Below are positions 36,003 through 46,975 of a stretch of DNA of 53,337 nt, one piece after another. The notes under the pieces were generated by a model. That model did not search any database. It had not been told where the DNA came from and saw only the letters and a program-made list of their open reading frames with translations. Origin of the DNA: a virus (lineage: Duplodnaviria > Caudoviricetes); the IMG/VR virus record IMGVR_UViG_3300032892_000071, positions 1 through 53,337 of that record, one strand, 5' to 3'. Position numbers and translations under genes: made by a program. Each line of letters opens with the position of its first letter. Position 1 is the first letter of the stretch.

Positions 36003-39000
36003 ATGGCTGGCGACACGCAGCTCCCGCCAGCCGTCCAGACGTTCATCGCTGACACGGAGGAGTGGATCGCCGGGATCGAGGAGGCGGTCGAATCCACCCA
36101 GGAGTTGGTCGACGCCGCGGCGGAGATCACGGGCGCCGCGGATGAGATGTCCGCTTCGATGGGGGAGTCGGCGGGGGCCGTCGCCGAGGCGACGGAAGGG
36201 ATGGGCGCTGCGGCGGACGCCGCCGCAGCGCAGGTCACGGCCGCCACGGATGACATAACCGGGGCGACGGAACGGATGGGCGCGGCCGCGGACACGGCGG
36301 CCGGGCAGGTCACCACGGCGTCCGAGCAGGTCTCGGCGAGCGCGGATGCGATGGCGGCCGCCACCGATTCGGCTGCGGCCGGGGTCGAGGGCGCCTACGA
36401 GAAGATCGGCACGGCGGCGGAGACCGGCGCCGCGGGTCTCGGCGCCGCCGACACGAAAGTCACCGAGGGTGCCGAGGCGATGGTCACGTCGGTTAACTCG
36501 GCTGCGGCCGGGGTTGAGGGCGCCTACGAGCGGATCGGCACGGCGGCGGAGACCGGTGCCGCCGGTCTCGGCGCCGCCGACACGAAAGTCACCGCCGGCG
36601 CGGAGGAGATGGTCTCCGCCACGAACACCGCCGCCGCGGGGGTCGAGGCAGGGTACGCGAAGATGGGGACCGCCGCAGAGGAAGGCGCGGCGGGGATGGC
36701 TTCCGCGGACGCGAAGGTGACCGCGGGCGCGGCCGAGTCCGCCGAGGCGGTCGAAGCGGGCGCGGCGAAACAGTCAGCCGCGGTGGAGGAAAGCGCCGCC
36801 AAGTCTGACACCGCCGGTGAGGCAGCGGTCGGGCTCGGGTCGAAGATGAAAACCGCCGCCCTGGGTCTCGGTGTCGCCGCAGCCGCGTCGGTGAAGATGG
36901 CGTCGGATTTCCAGGAGATGGGCACCCAGCTGGTCACGGGCGCCGGTGAGACCGACAAGAACCTGCAGATGGTGCAGAACGGGATCCTGCAGCTGTCGGT
37001 GTCGACAGGCACGTCGGTGAAGCAGCTTGAGGCCGGCATGTACATGATCGAGTCGGCGGGGGATCACGGCGCGCAGGGCCTCGACGTGCTGAAGGCCGCG
37101 GCGGAGGGCGCGAAAACCGGCAACGCGGACCTGGGGTCGGTCGCGAACGCGGTCACGAGCGCGCTGAACGCCTACCACGAGCCCGCGTCGGCGGCGGCCG
37201 CGGTGACGTCTGAGCTGGTGGAGACGGTCGCGTCGGGTAAGACGCACATGGATGACCTGGCGAAGTCGCTGGGTTCGGTGCTGCCGGTCGCGGCGTCGGC
37301 GCATATTTCGCTGGCGCAGGTCGGCGGGGCGATGGCGACGATGACGGACCAGGGTGTCACGGCGCGGCGGGCGGCGCAGAACCTCGCGAACATGATCCGG
37401 TCGCTGGAGTCGCCGAGCACGGCGGCGGCGGCGGAGATGCAGTCCCTCGGCCTGAACGCGAACACGGTCAGCACCCACCTGGGGTCTGAGGGCCTGACCG
37501 GGACGATGAACGAGCTGACCGAGGCGATCCTGAAGAACACCAAGGGCGGCATGGTCCTGGTCGGGGACATGAACGCCATGACCCCCGCGTCGAAAAGCCT
37601 GGCCGAGGGGATCCTGGCGGGGAAGGTCTCCACCAATGACCTGACGACCGCGGTGAAGGGGCTGACGCCGCAGCAGGCCGCGCTGGTGACATCGTTCGCT
37701 AAGACCGCGTCCGGCGCGACCGGGCTGAAGCAGACGTTCGACGGGGCGATGAAGACGATGACCGGCGGGGCGACCGGGCTGAACGTGGCGCTGGAGCTTG
37801 GCGGTAAGCAGGCGGGCGTGTTCCAGGGCAACGTGAAGGCGATCGGCGGGGCGGCGGCAACAGCCGGCGGCAGCGTGCAGGGGTTCGCTAAGACGCAGCA
37901 GGATTTCAATTTCAAGCTGGAGCAGGCGAAGAACGCGGCCGAGGCGGTGTCGTACTCCCTCGGTGACGCGCTGCTGCCGGCGGCGACGAAGGTGATGGGG
38001 GTCATCGCCGACTTCGGCGGGTGGCTGGCGAAGAACCAGGCTGCGGCGGTCGCGCTGGCCGCGGTCATCGGCGGCACCCTGTCGGTCATCATCGGCGGCA
38101 AAATGATCTCCAGTATCAAGGATGCCGTCGACGCGTTCAAAATGCTCGCTGACAGCGAACTTGTCCAGGCCGCGGCGTCCAAGGTGGCGGCGGCTGCGCA
38201 GTGGCTGCTGGACGCGGCGATGGACGCGAACCCGATCGGGCTGGTTGTTATCGCGATCGCGGCGCTGGTCGCCGGAATCATCTACGCCTACACGCACTTC
38301 AAAACGTTCCGCGACGCGATCAACGACGTCGGCAGGGCGATCGCGACGGTGTTCGACTGGGTTAAATCGCACTGGCAGCTGATCCTCGGCATCCTGACCG
38401 GCCCGATCGGCGCCGCCGTGATCTTCATAGTCGCGCACTGGAAGCAGATCCAGGCCGACGCGGCGGCGGCGTGGAACGCGATCGTCGCGTTCCTCAAGGG
38501 CGTCTGGACCACGATCACGTCAGATATTTCAACCGCGTGGAACGCGATCGTCACCTGGTTCAAAACCCTGTGGAACGGCTGGGTCACGTTCGTCAACACG
38601 ACCTTGAACACGATCAAGACGGACCTGAGCAACGCCTGGACCGCGATCACGTCCGCAGTCCAGACCGCGTGGAACGCGATCGTCACCTGGTTCAAAACCC
38701 TGTGGAACGGCTGGGTCACGTTCGTCAACACGACGCTCACCACTATCGAGAACGCGCTGAAGGCCGCCTGGACGGCGGTCACGACAGCGATCCAGACCGC
38801 ATGGAACGCGATCACCGCCTGGTTCAAGACATGGTGGACGACCCTGACGGCAGCGTTCACCGCCGCCTACACGCTGATCGAGAACAACCTGAAGCAGGCG
38901 TGGACCGATGTCGCCACAGCCGCGACAAACGCATGGAACACGATCAAGACTGATATTGAGAACATCGTCAAGACGATCGCCACCGACATGGTGACCCTCG

Positions 39001-39524
39001 GGAAAAACATCGTCACCGGGCTGATCAACGGGATCACGTCGATGGTCTCCACCCTGACCAGCACCATGACCAGCCTCGGGTCGTCCGCCCTCAGCGCCCT
39101 GAAATCCGCGATCGGGTCACTGTCCCCGTCGGTGCGGTTCCACGAGGAAGGCCGGAACATCGTCCTCGGCCTGATCGGCGGCATCGGCGCGATCAAGCCC
39201 CAGGTGATCAACGCGATGCGTTACCTCGCGCTGGACATGGGCAACGCGTTCCGCGGCGGCTACAGCTTCGGCGGCGGCGGGTTCGGGCAGGGCGGCTGGG
39301 GGCAAGGCGGCGGGGGCGGCGGCTGGGGGCAGGGCGGCTGGGGCGGCGGCTGGGGATGGGGCGCGGCACCCGTCCCCGGCGGCGCCGCGCAAGGCGTCAC
39401 CATCAACGTCCAAGGCTCCGTCCTCGCCGAGAAAGAACTCCAGCAGATCATGCAGCAAGGGGTTCTGCGGTACACCCGCCGTAACCAGGGCAACGGGCTG
39501 TTCCTCGCCGGACGGCAGTCCTAG
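36003..39524 (+). CDS. tape measure protein
   Basis: 1173 aa Ala-rich; TP901-like core; ANPIGLVVIAIAALVAG; 11-periodic Trp repeats; SLSPSVRF. Confidence 0.92.
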   Translation: MAGDTQLPPAVQTFIADTEEWIAGIEEAVESTQELVDAAAEITGAADEMSASMGESAGAVAEATEGMGAAADAAAAQVTAATDDITGATERMGAAADTAAGQVTTASEQVSASADAMAAATDSAAAGVEGAYEKIGTAAETGAAGLGAADTKVTEGAEAMVTSVNSAAAGVEGAYERIGTAAETGAAGLGAADTKVTAGAEEMVSATNTAAAGVEAGYAKMGTAAEEGAAGMASADAKVTAGAAESAEAVEAGAAKQSAAVEESAAKSDTAGEAAVGLGSKMKTAALGLGVAAAASVKMASDFQEMGTQLVTGAGETDKNLQMVQNGILQLSVSTGTSVKQLEAGMYMIESAGDHGAQGLDVLKAAAEGAKTGNADLGSVANAVTSALNAYHEPASAAAAVTSELVETVASGKTHMDDLAKSLGSVLPVAASAHISLAQVGGAMATMTDQGVTARRAAQNLANMIRSLESPSTAAAAEMQSLGLNANTVSTHLGSEGLTGTMNELTEAILKNTKGGMVLVGDMNAMTPASKSLAEGILAGKVSTNDLTTAVKGLTPQQAALVTSFAKTASGATGLKQTFDGAMKTMTGGATGLNVALELGGKQAGVFQGNVKAIGGAAATAGGSVQGFAKTQQDFNFKLEQAKNAAEAVSYSLGDALLPAATKVMGVIADFGGWLAKNQAAAVALAAVIGGTLSVIIGGKMISSIKDAVDAFKMLADSELVQAAASKVAAAAQWLLDAAMDANPIGLVVIAIAALVAGIIYAYTHFKTFRDAINDVGRAIATVFDWVKSHWQLILGILTGPIGAAVIFIVAHWKQIQADAAAAWNAIVAFLKGVWTTITSDISTAWNAIVTWFKTLWNGWVTFVNTTLNTIKTDLSNAWTAITSAVQTAWNAIVTWFKTLWNGWVTFVNTTLTTIENALKAAWTAVTTAIQTAWNAITAWFKTWWTTLTAAFTAAYTLIENNLKQAWTDVATAATNAWNTIKTDIENIVKTIATDMVTLGKNIVTGLINGITSMVSTLTSTMTSLGSSALSALKSAIGSLSPSVRFHEEGRNIVLGLIGGIGAIKPQVINAMRYLALDMGNAFRGGYSFGGGGFGQGGWGQGGGGGGWGQGGWGGGWGWGAAPVPGGAAQGVTINVQGSVLAEKELQQIMQQGVLRYTRRNQGNGLFLAGRQS

Positions 39525-39527
39525 GCG

Positions 39528-42500
39528 ATGTCGGTCACCACCGCGTTCGCGCTGCGCCGCAACTACACCGGCAGCGTCTACGGCGGCACCCCCACATGGC
39601 TGCAGTTCCAGGTCCCCACCATGCGGGTCCGCGACCGCCCCCGCCCCCGGGCCCTGCTCGGGAACAACCTGGCCTGCGGCGACGGGATCACCGGGCCAGC
39701 CAACACCGCCAGCCCCGCCGTGCAGGCGGTGAACACCTGGACATCGACGTTCGTCCCGCAAGGCGCGACCCCGAACGCCTACACCACCACCGTCACCCCC
39801 AGCACCGCCTGCCAGAACATCACCGTCGCCAACTCCGACGGGAACTGGCTCATCGCCTACCTGGCGTGGGACTCCGCGAACTTCGCCGCCCAGCCCATGT
39901 CCCCCTCCGTCGGCGACGACGCGCATAACCTGTGGGAACCGCTCGGCACCGCACTCACCACATCCCTGTGCTCGGTCACCATCTGGGCCGCCCCCGCAGC
40001 CCGCCCCGCGCAGACGGTGTACGTGTCAGCGAACGCGGCGACCACCGTCCGCGCCGCCGTCATCCAGGAGTTCACCGGCCTCGCAGCCGGGCTCGCCGTC
40101 ACCGGATACCAGTCGGCGGCCGTGTCCGGCACCGCCCAGGCCGCCGCCACCGCCGCCCTCCCCGCACCGCCGGCGGCGGCGCTGGTGCTGACCTGCGGCG
40201 CGTACGACAACGCCGCCTACTCCACCACCGCGGTCCTCACCGGCGGCGGGTGGAACACCCCCGTCAATCTGCCGTCGCAGAACACCGGCTACGGCTACGA
40301 CCTGATCCTGGGCACCTCCTGGCAGGTCACCACCGGCGCCGCCACCGCCAGGTGGCAGCCAGCCGCCGCCGGGAACGGCACAAGCCTCGACGTCACCGCC
40401 GTCACCGCCGGGGTCCTCACCGCCCAGCCGCCACCCGCGCAACTGTCCGCGAACTGGCCGCTGATCCAGCTGCAGGCCGCGCTAGGCACCGCCGGCGGCG
40501 GCCCAGCCGGGCAGAACACACCCCCCGACCAGAGGATCTGGGCCGACATCTCCGGCCGGCTGCTGTCATGGGACGAGACCCGCGGCGCCCAGTACGAGCT
40601 CGACCAGATCCAGGCCGCGCAGGTCAACGCGCAGCTCGACAACCACGACGGGGCGCTCACCCCCCGCCCCCCGTGGGCGATCACCGCCACCGGTAACTCC
40701 GCGAACGCGACCACGATCACCGTGTCCGTCCCGGACGCGGCGCAGGTCACCGTCTCCGACTGGTTCCAGATCTACCCCACGTCGCAGACCTACCCGTACA
40801 GCGGCGCCGGGACCCCGCAGGCGGCGGTGTTCCAGGTCACCGCAGTCAACACGGCCACCGGGCTCGTCACCTTCACCCCCGCAGCCGCGTCGCCGCCGGT
40901 GACCGGGAACGTGGCGCAGTCCGGGTCGCTGGCCCCGGTGCCGCTCGGGCAGGTCACCTCATACGTCCCCGTCCGGCTCCTGCACACCTGGAACGGCCGC
41001 ACGTCGGTCAGCTTCGGCGGGTACTCCGAACGGTGGCCGCAGGACTGGAACCCCGACTCGTGGTGGCAGCAGTCCCACGCGATATTCACCGACGTCTGGT
41101 CCCTGATCAACGGGCAGATGCGGACCATCGGGCAGGCTGAGATCCTCAACGACGGGCCGGTCGCGTACTGGCCCCTCGGCGATGACAACGGCACCGCCGC
41201 CGCGCCGACCCTCGCCGCGGCGAACATCGCCGCCACCAGCTACGGGCAGCTCATCGTCCGGCAGTCCAAATACGGCACCGGCGGCGCCACCTACTCGTTC
41301 GGGTCGTCCTCCGGCACCGGGGCCCCATCCGGGTCGAACACGTGGCGGCAGCAAGGGCTGGCCGCGACCGAAACCAGCCAGGGTTACACCCTGTTCTTCC
41401 AGCCCGCCTCCCCGTACCAGCCGCTGCCGCTGACCATCACCGGCTGGTTCGAGGTCGACGCGGCGGCGCCGTCCGGGCCGGTGCTGATGTCGGTGAAGTC
41501 GTTCGCCGGGCCGATCGCGCAGGTCTCCATCGCCGCGGAAACCGGCTACCTGACGTTCTCCTGGTGGGACAGGTTCTCCGGGCAGCAGTTCGAGATCACC
41601 GTGAACGCCTCCCAGAACTGGGGCAACGGCACCTGGTTCATGGTCACCATGCAGCTGACCCAGTCCAGCTGGGACGTCATCATCAACGGCGGCCTCGACC
41701 TCGGCCTGAACGGCATCGCGGACCTGCCCCCGTACTGGGGGTGGGTGTCCTTCTGCGGGCAGGCCGACGCGAACTACAGCGGCTACATGTACAACGGCGG
41801 CGTCGCCCACTGCGCCCTGTTCAACTACCTCGTGTCGCCGCTGCGGGTCCTGACCGAGTACCTGGCGACCGCGGGGGCGCTCGCCGAAACCCCAGGCGTC
41901 AACGTGTCCGGCGACACCTGCGGCCGGCGCATCGAGCGGCTGCTCGAGGCCGGCGGCTACACCGGCCCGAAATGCGTCGACGTGACCTCCACGACGGACA
42001 ACCCGAACCTGACCGTCCCCGCGACCGACACCTCCGGGCAGCAGGCGTCCGCAGCGGTGCAGGCCGTCTCCGAATCCGACGGCGGGGTCCTGTTCATCGC
42101 CGGCGACGGGAACCTGTTCTACCGCTCCGCCGCCGCGAACTACTGCCGCCCAGCCGCCTGGACCCTCGGCGAGCTCACCTCCGCCGGGGAGATCCCCTAC
42201 CTGCCCGACGCGTCGCTCGATTTCGACCCGACGCACATCGCGAACGACATCTCCCTGCAGCAGCTCGGCGGGCCGGTCATCACGCCCGGGTCGGCGCTGT
42301 CCCCGTTCATCGCCGCGTCGAAGGCCCAGTTCGGTGACATCACCTACACCCCGACGGTCTACCTGGCGGACACCCAGAAGGTCACCGACCTGGCGAACTG
42401 GGTCGCGCAGACGCAGGGCGCCCCGGCGATGCGGGTCTACCAGGTCACCGTAGACGCGGCGAAAACAGTCGCCGCGTGGCCGATGGTGCTGCACGCCGAC

Positions 42501-42716
42501 ATCGGCGACGTCGTCATCTTCCACCGCCGGAACCCGAACATGGGACCACCCGTGATCACCCTCACGACGATCATCATTAAGTTGCAGCGGTCCCTGACCT
42601 GGTCGTCCGGCACCGGCACCCTGAAACTGGTGCTGTCGCCCTACTACGCTGCGGCGCTGTCGACGAACTCCGCCACCTACGGGTACCCGAACGGCACGGT
42701 GAGGCTGGCGCGATGA
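39528..42716 (+). CDS. large tail-tip/minor tail protein with LamG-like domain
   Basis: follows tape measure; LDNHDGALTP, GPVAYWPLGD, ESDGGVLFIAGDGNLFYR. Confidence 0.75.
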   Translation: MSVTTAFALRRNYTGSVYGGTPTWLQFQVPTMRVRDRPRPRALLGNNLACGDGITGPANTASPAVQAVNTWTSTFVPQGATPNAYTTTVTPSTACQNITVANSDGNWLIAYLAWDSANFAAQPMSPSVGDDAHNLWEPLGTALTTSLCSVTIWAAPAARPAQTVYVSANAATTVRAAVIQEFTGLAAGLAVTGYQSAAVSGTAQAAATAALPAPPAAALVLTCGAYDNAAYSTTAVLTGGGWNTPVNLPSQNTGYGYDLILGTSWQVTTGAATARWQPAAAGNGTSLDVTAVTAGVLTAQPPPAQLSANWPLIQLQAALGTAGGGPAGQNTPPDQRIWADISGRLLSWDETRGAQYELDQIQAAQVNAQLDNHDGALTPRPPWAITATGNSANATTITVSVPDAAQVTVSDWFQIYPTSQTYPYSGAGTPQAAVFQVTAVNTATGLVTFTPAAASPPVTGNVAQSGSLAPVPLGQVTSYVPVRLLHTWNGRTSVSFGGYSERWPQDWNPDSWWQQSHAIFTDVWSLINGQMRTIGQAEILNDGPVAYWPLGDDNGTAAAPTLAAANIAATSYGQLIVRQSKYGTGGATYSFGSSSGTGAPSGSNTWRQQGLAATETSQGYTLFFQPASPYQPLPLTITGWFEVDAAAPSGPVLMSVKSFAGPIAQVSIAAETGYLTFSWWDRFSGQQFEITVNASQNWGNGTWFMVTMQLTQSSWDVIINGGLDLGLNGIADLPPYWGWVSFCGQADANYSGYMYNGGVAHCALFNYLVSPLRVLTEYLATAGALAETPGVNVSGDTCGRRIERLLEAGGYTGPKCVDVTSTTDNPNLTVPATDTSGQQASAAVQAVSESDGGVLFIAGDGNLFYRSAAANYCRPAAWTLGELTSAGEIPYLPDASLDFDPTHIANDISLQQLGGPVITPGSALSPFIAASKAQFGDITYTPTVYLADTQKVTDLANWVAQTQGAPAMRVYQVTVDAAKTVAAWPMVLHADIGDVVIFHRRNPNMGPPVITLTTIIIKLQRSLTWSSGTGTLKLVLSPYYAAALSTNSATYGYPNGTVRLAR

Positions 42717-44647
42717 CCGAGACGACGTCGCTCGGCGCGGTGCCGGTGGAGATCGAGGTCACCTGCACCCAGACCGGCGGGATCGCGGTCCGGACCGGGA
42801 TGCTGATGCGGGTCCTGGTCCTCGACAACTGCGCCTCCTACACCGATCAGGCGGACGCCGCCGTCGCGTCGGTGTCCGGGCGGACCACCGCGACGCAGGA
42901 CTTCTGCCAGGGGTACATCACCCCCACCGAGGCCGGGTCCGTCGTCTACGGCGCCGCGTTCGGGTACCGCAACGGCTCGTTCTCGGTCGACTCCGCCTCC
43001 ACGGAGATCGACAACGTGGCTGACACGGTCAACCTTTGCCAGTACCTGACCGCGCAGTCGTCGGCACCGACGGTGTCCCCCCCGGCGCAGATCATTTTCG
43101 GCTGGTCGACGTCGCCGTCGGAGACCGGCGGGATCGCGATGTGCGAGATCCTGCCGGCCACGGACGTGTTCACCGGGAACCCGATGACGATCACCGTGGA
43201 CGCGTCGTCGCCGGATGTGGCGACGTCGACCACGTCGATCGACGTCACCACCGTGTCGTTCTCCCCGCCGCCGGGATCTTTGCTGGTCGCGCTCGTGTCG
43301 GCGGACTCCTCCACCGGGACCAACTCGAACACCGTCTCGGTCACGTCGAACGTTGTGGGCGTGAACGCGGCGACGACGACCGCGCCGATCTGGTCTCAGG
43401 CTGTGTTCGGGAACACCCCGGGCTGCGGCTACGTCGGGGTGTGGGTGTCGTACATCCCGGTCGGCGCGGTGCCGATCGCGGCCGGCACCTACCCTGGGCC
43501 GCCGGACGGGATGCACACCTGGAGCCTCACCACACCTGAAGTGATCACGGTGGCGATTTTGCGGAACGACATCACCGCCGCCGCGTGGTGGCTGTCCGCG
43601 CCGCCTTTGTACTCCGGGCAGCAGGCGGTCTACCCCCAGGAAATCAGTTCCGGCAACGACCAGGTGATCTATCTTGACACCACCGTCAACGACCCGCTGA
43701 ACGAAGGCTCCGAAGCGGACGGGGCCGGGGTGTTCGGCGCCTACTCCGGCTGGTACCTGGCGTTCGGGATGGTGTCATTCGACGCCGCGTCCGCCAGCAA
43801 AGACTTCGCAGCCGGGATCGGCGCGCAGCAGTTCGGGAACATCACCGTCGTCCACGGCCAGACATGCCCGTCGAACCCGGGCTACATCACGCTGCTGATC
43901 ACCTGTGACATGCAGCCGCTGAACACCTACGCGTCCGACAACATGGCGCTGTGGGGCTACCAGGACGCCGGGTCCGTGTTCACATACGTGTACGGCCTGT
44001 CCACCAGCCAGCTGTACGGGCCGCAGAACAGTCTCGCGCCGACGTTCAACATGCTGTACGCGGCGCGCATGAGCCCCCCCGCGGGCTGGGCGTCGTCGCT
44101 GCCCGTCCCCGCCGGGACAGCGTTCTCGGACACGACGCAGATCACCGGCGCGTTCATGAACGCCGCGATCCGGGACACCGTCAACTTCCTCCAGTACCCG
44201 CCGGTGTGCCGCCTGCAGCTCACTTCCACGATCCAGATCGCGTCGGCAGTGTTCCCCGCCGGCACCGCGGTCACGTTCTCCACGGCGCAGATCCTCGGGC
44301 GCAACTCCGACACCTACGGCGGCTGGAACGGCGCGACCCGGTACACCTTCCCGGCCGCGGGGCTTTATTACGTGTACGGGCAGGTCGCGTTCCTCAACAA
44401 CACCACCGGAACCGACCGTGCCTGCGGGCTGCGGGTGTCCGCGGGCACGACCCAGTGGGGGTCGACGGAGGCGTCGGCGAACGACTCCACCGGCCACGTG
44501 TCCGTCGCGGTGCAGATGATCCGCGCCACCGCGGGCCAGTACGTGGAGCTGATCGGCTACAGCAACGCGACGACCACGGGGGGGATCAGCATCGGCGGCA
44601 ACGGCGAATCAAACACCACCATGATCATAATGTGGGTTGCGAAATGA
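42713..44647 (+). CDS. minor tail protein
   Basis: ATGA overlap; MNAAIRDTVNFLQYPP, RYTFPAAGLYYVYGQV fibre-like C-terminal domain. Confidence 0.7.
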   Translation: MTETTSLGAVPVEIEVTCTQTGGIAVRTGMLMRVLVLDNCASYTDQADAAVASVSGRTTATQDFCQGYITPTEAGSVVYGAAFGYRNGSFSVDSASTEIDNVADTVNLCQYLTAQSSAPTVSPPAQIIFGWSTSPSETGGIAMCEILPATDVFTGNPMTITVDASSPDVATSTTSIDVTTVSFSPPPGSLLVALVSADSSTGTNSNTVSVTSNVVGVNAATTTAPIWSQAVFGNTPGCGYVGVWVSYIPVGAVPIAAGTYPGPPDGMHTWSLTTPEVITVAILRNDITAAAWWLSAPPLYSGQQAVYPQEISSGNDQVIYLDTTVNDPLNEGSEADGAGVFGAYSGWYLAFGMVSFDAASASKDFAAGIGAQQFGNITVVHGQTCPSNPGYITLLITCDMQPLNTYASDNMALWGYQDAGSVFTYVYGLSTSQLYGPQNSLAPTFNMLYAARMSPPAGWASSLPVPAGTAFSDTTQITGAFMNAAIRDTVNFLQYPPVCRLQLTSTIQIASAVFPAGTAVTFSTAQILGRNSDTYGGWNGATRYTFPAAGLYYVYGQVAFLNNTTGTDRACGLRVSAGTTQWGSTEASANDSTGHVSVAVQMIRATAGQYVELIGYSNATTTGGISIGGNGESNTTMIIMWVAK

Positions 44648-44661
44648 GCGGGGGCTGACTG

Positions 44662-45333
44662 GTGCCGCCGGCCATGAGAACCATCATCCGGGAGAAACGG
44701 GCCAACATCTCCTACGCCACCTCCGTCAACTGGTGCGGCTACGTGGAGACAGTCAACGCGCCCTACACCAGCGTGTCCGCGACGTGGACGCAGCCGACGA
44801 CGTCGGGTAGCTCATCGAGCTCGGCGGCCGCGTTCTGGGTCGGGTTCGACGGCTGGGCCGGCAGCGGCATGGGGGCGGTCGAGCAGTGCGGCACCCAGGC
44901 CGCCGGAGCCGGCGGCACCGGCGTCTGGTACGAGCTGTACCCCACCGGCGAGGTCGACTACTCCACGTCCGCGTACCCGCTCGCCGCCGGGGACGTCATC
45001 ACCGCCGGCGTCTCGTTCAACGGCACCTACCTCGACCTGGCGCTCACCGACACGACGAAGGGGTGGACGTACACGGTGCAGAAAGGGATCCGGGCCGCAG
45101 AGATCGAGCAAGGCTCCGACTTTATCGGCTTCTCCTCCGCCGAGATCATCGTCGAGGACTACCTCCTCGGGCATCTGTACGACTTCGGCACGGTCACCTT
45201 CACCGGCATCACCCCCACCATGACCGCCCCGATCGCCGTCACCTGCGTCAACGCCACCAGCTCCGACATCGAAATGTCACCCGGCAGCCTGTCGAACGGC
45301 TCGTTCACCGTCACCTGGCTCGCCTCCAGCTGA
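44662..45333 (+). CDS. G1 family glutamic peptidase (eqolisin-like)
   Basis: SVNWCGY, SVSATWTQP, FWVGFDG, EQCGT (catalytic Gln), WYELYP, SAEIIVED (catalytic Glu), DFGTVTF. Confidence 0.8.
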   Translation: MPPAMRTIIREKRANISYATSVNWCGYVETVNAPYTSVSATWTQPTTSGSSSSSAAAFWVGFDGWAGSGMGAVEQCGTQAAGAGGTGVWYELYPTGEVDYSTSAYPLAAGDVITAGVSFNGTYLDLALTDTTKGWTYTVQKGIRAAEIEQGSDFIGFSSAEIIVEDYLLGHLYDFGTVTFTGITPTMTAPIAVTCVNATSSDIEMSPGSLSNGSFTVTWLASS

Positions 45334-46589
45334 TGACGTTCCTCGGCTCCAGCGTCCAGACCTCCGGGGCGGCCGCCACCACCAACTACCTGATCATCTA
45401 CCCGCCGCCGTACGAGCCCGGCAACATCCTTATCATGGCCGCGATCGGCGGCGGCTCATCCACCGGCAGCATCTACGCAAGCCCCCCGATCCAGTGGACG
45501 GCCCTGTCCGCGTCCGACGCAGTCCTGGGAGTCTTCTACAAGGTCGCGCAGCCGATCGAGACGGCCTACTACCTGCCGTTCTCCGGGCAGTGCATGGCCG
45601 CCGCCGTCATCGTCGCATACCCCGCCTCGACGATCCCGTCGAGCCTGTTCGCGTCCAGTTCCGCCGGGGTCGTCACCTACACGCCTGCCCTTCCGGCGGG
45701 GGTCACGGCAACCGAAACCGTCGTCATGATCACCGCGAATCAGGTGTCATCGAAGTCCCCGATCGACAGCGGCGTCTACCAGGCCGCCGAAAACATCGGC
45801 CTCCCCGGCGGGTGGGCGGAACGGGTCCCCGCGTTCGGGTCCGGCATCGGCGGCGGCTCCGGCCTCACCGACTACGCCGTCAACGCCGGCGTCTCCGACT
45901 GCCTCGGCACCCCCCCAGCCGCGACCGTCACCTCCGCCGCCACCTCCGACTTCTTCACCGGCTTCGTCGTCTTGTCCCCCACCGGCGTCCCCCCGCCACC
46001 GCCGCCTGCCCCGGCGACAGTCGTCCCCCCGCCCGCCGGCGGCCCGCAGTTCACCGCCGGGTCCACCCCGCACGGCACCGCCGGGCTGGGCGACCAGTAC
46101 GCCAACCTCACCTACCTCATCTCCGGATCGTTCAGCTTCCTCGCCTCCAAGGCGGTGTTCCGCGGCACCCAGTCCGTCTCCTCCCAGTCGCTGTCCGCAT
46201 CAGTCGTGTCGAACCCGATCACCCTCGACACAGTGCTCGAGGACCCGTACGGGGGGTGGACGGGGTCGCCGTGGTACTACTGGATGCCGCCGCAGGGCGT
46301 GTCCGGCTGGTTCCTGTGCACCGGGAACGTGTTCACCGCCGCGCCGGCGACAGCGAACGCGGTGAACCCGCTGGTCGCCACCAACGGCGCCGACAACTAC
46401 GCCGGGTCTTTGACGTCGAACCCGTCGGTGTCCCACGGCTGCGGCCGGCCGGTGATCGCGCTGGTGTACCTCCTCGGCGGCGTCAACCTCGTACAGCTGC
46501 AGGCGGTCCTCGCGGGCGGCGCGAACCTCGCCACCTCTATCACAGCAGGCCAGAACAGCCACCTTGAGGTCTGCTGGGTGAGCAGCTGA
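45333..46589 (+). CDS. minor tail protein
   Basis: TGATG overlap at 45333; poly-Pro linker; LDTVLEDPYGGW resembles LDTTVNDP in 42713. Confidence 0.65.
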   Translation: MTFLGSSVQTSGAAATTNYLIIYPPPYEPGNILIMAAIGGGSSTGSIYASPPIQWTALSASDAVLGVFYKVAQPIETAYYLPFSGQCMAAAVIVAYPASTIPSSLFASSSAGVVTYTPALPAGVTATETVVMITANQVSSKSPIDSGVYQAAENIGLPGGWAERVPAFGSGIGGGSGLTDYAVNAGVSDCLGTPPAATVTSAATSDFFTGFVVLSPTGVPPPPPPAPATVVPPPAGGPQFTAGSTPHGTAGLGDQYANLTYLISGSFSFLASKAVFRGTQSVSSQSLSASVVSNPITLDTVLEDPYGGWTGSPWYYWMPPQGVSGWFLCTGNVFTAAPATANAVNPLVATNGADNYAGSLTSNPSVSHGCGRPVIALVYLLGGVNLVQLQAVLAGGANLATSITAGQNSHLEVCWVSS

Positions 46590-46975
46590 TGCATGCCCTG
46601 CGGCGAGTCGGCCGCCGCGGCGCCGCGCTGGCGGTCCTCGCCGCCGTCGACGTGTGCTACGGCACCGCGCTCCTCGCCGGCCACACCGCCGCCGCGACAG
46701 CCGCAGTCATGGTGATGCCGCTGCACCTGTGGGGCTGGGTGTGGATCGGCGCCGCCGCGGTCCTGGCGGCCGGTGTGCCTCTAACCGACGACAGGTGGCA
46801 CTACGGGTTCGCGGCGCTGTTCAAAACGTTCTGGGCGCTGCTGATCGCCTGGCACTGGCTGGCGCACCGCGAACACGGCGGCTGGGGCGCCGCGATGGCG
46901 TGGCTCGGCCTCGCCGCGCTGGTCCTGCTTATCTCCGGCTGGCCCGAGCCGCCCCGGCCCGCAGCGCCGCCGTGA
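46589..46975 (+). CDS. multi-pass membrane protein (holin-like)
   Basis: about four hydrophobic segments; TGATG overlap; start of lysis region. Confidence 0.6.
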   Translation: MHALRRVGRRGAALAVLAAVDVCYGTALLAGHTAAATAAVMVMPLHLWGWVWIGAAAVLAAGVPLTDDRWHYGFAALFKTFWALLIAWHWLAHREHGGWGAAMAWLGLAALVLLISGWPEPPRPAAPP

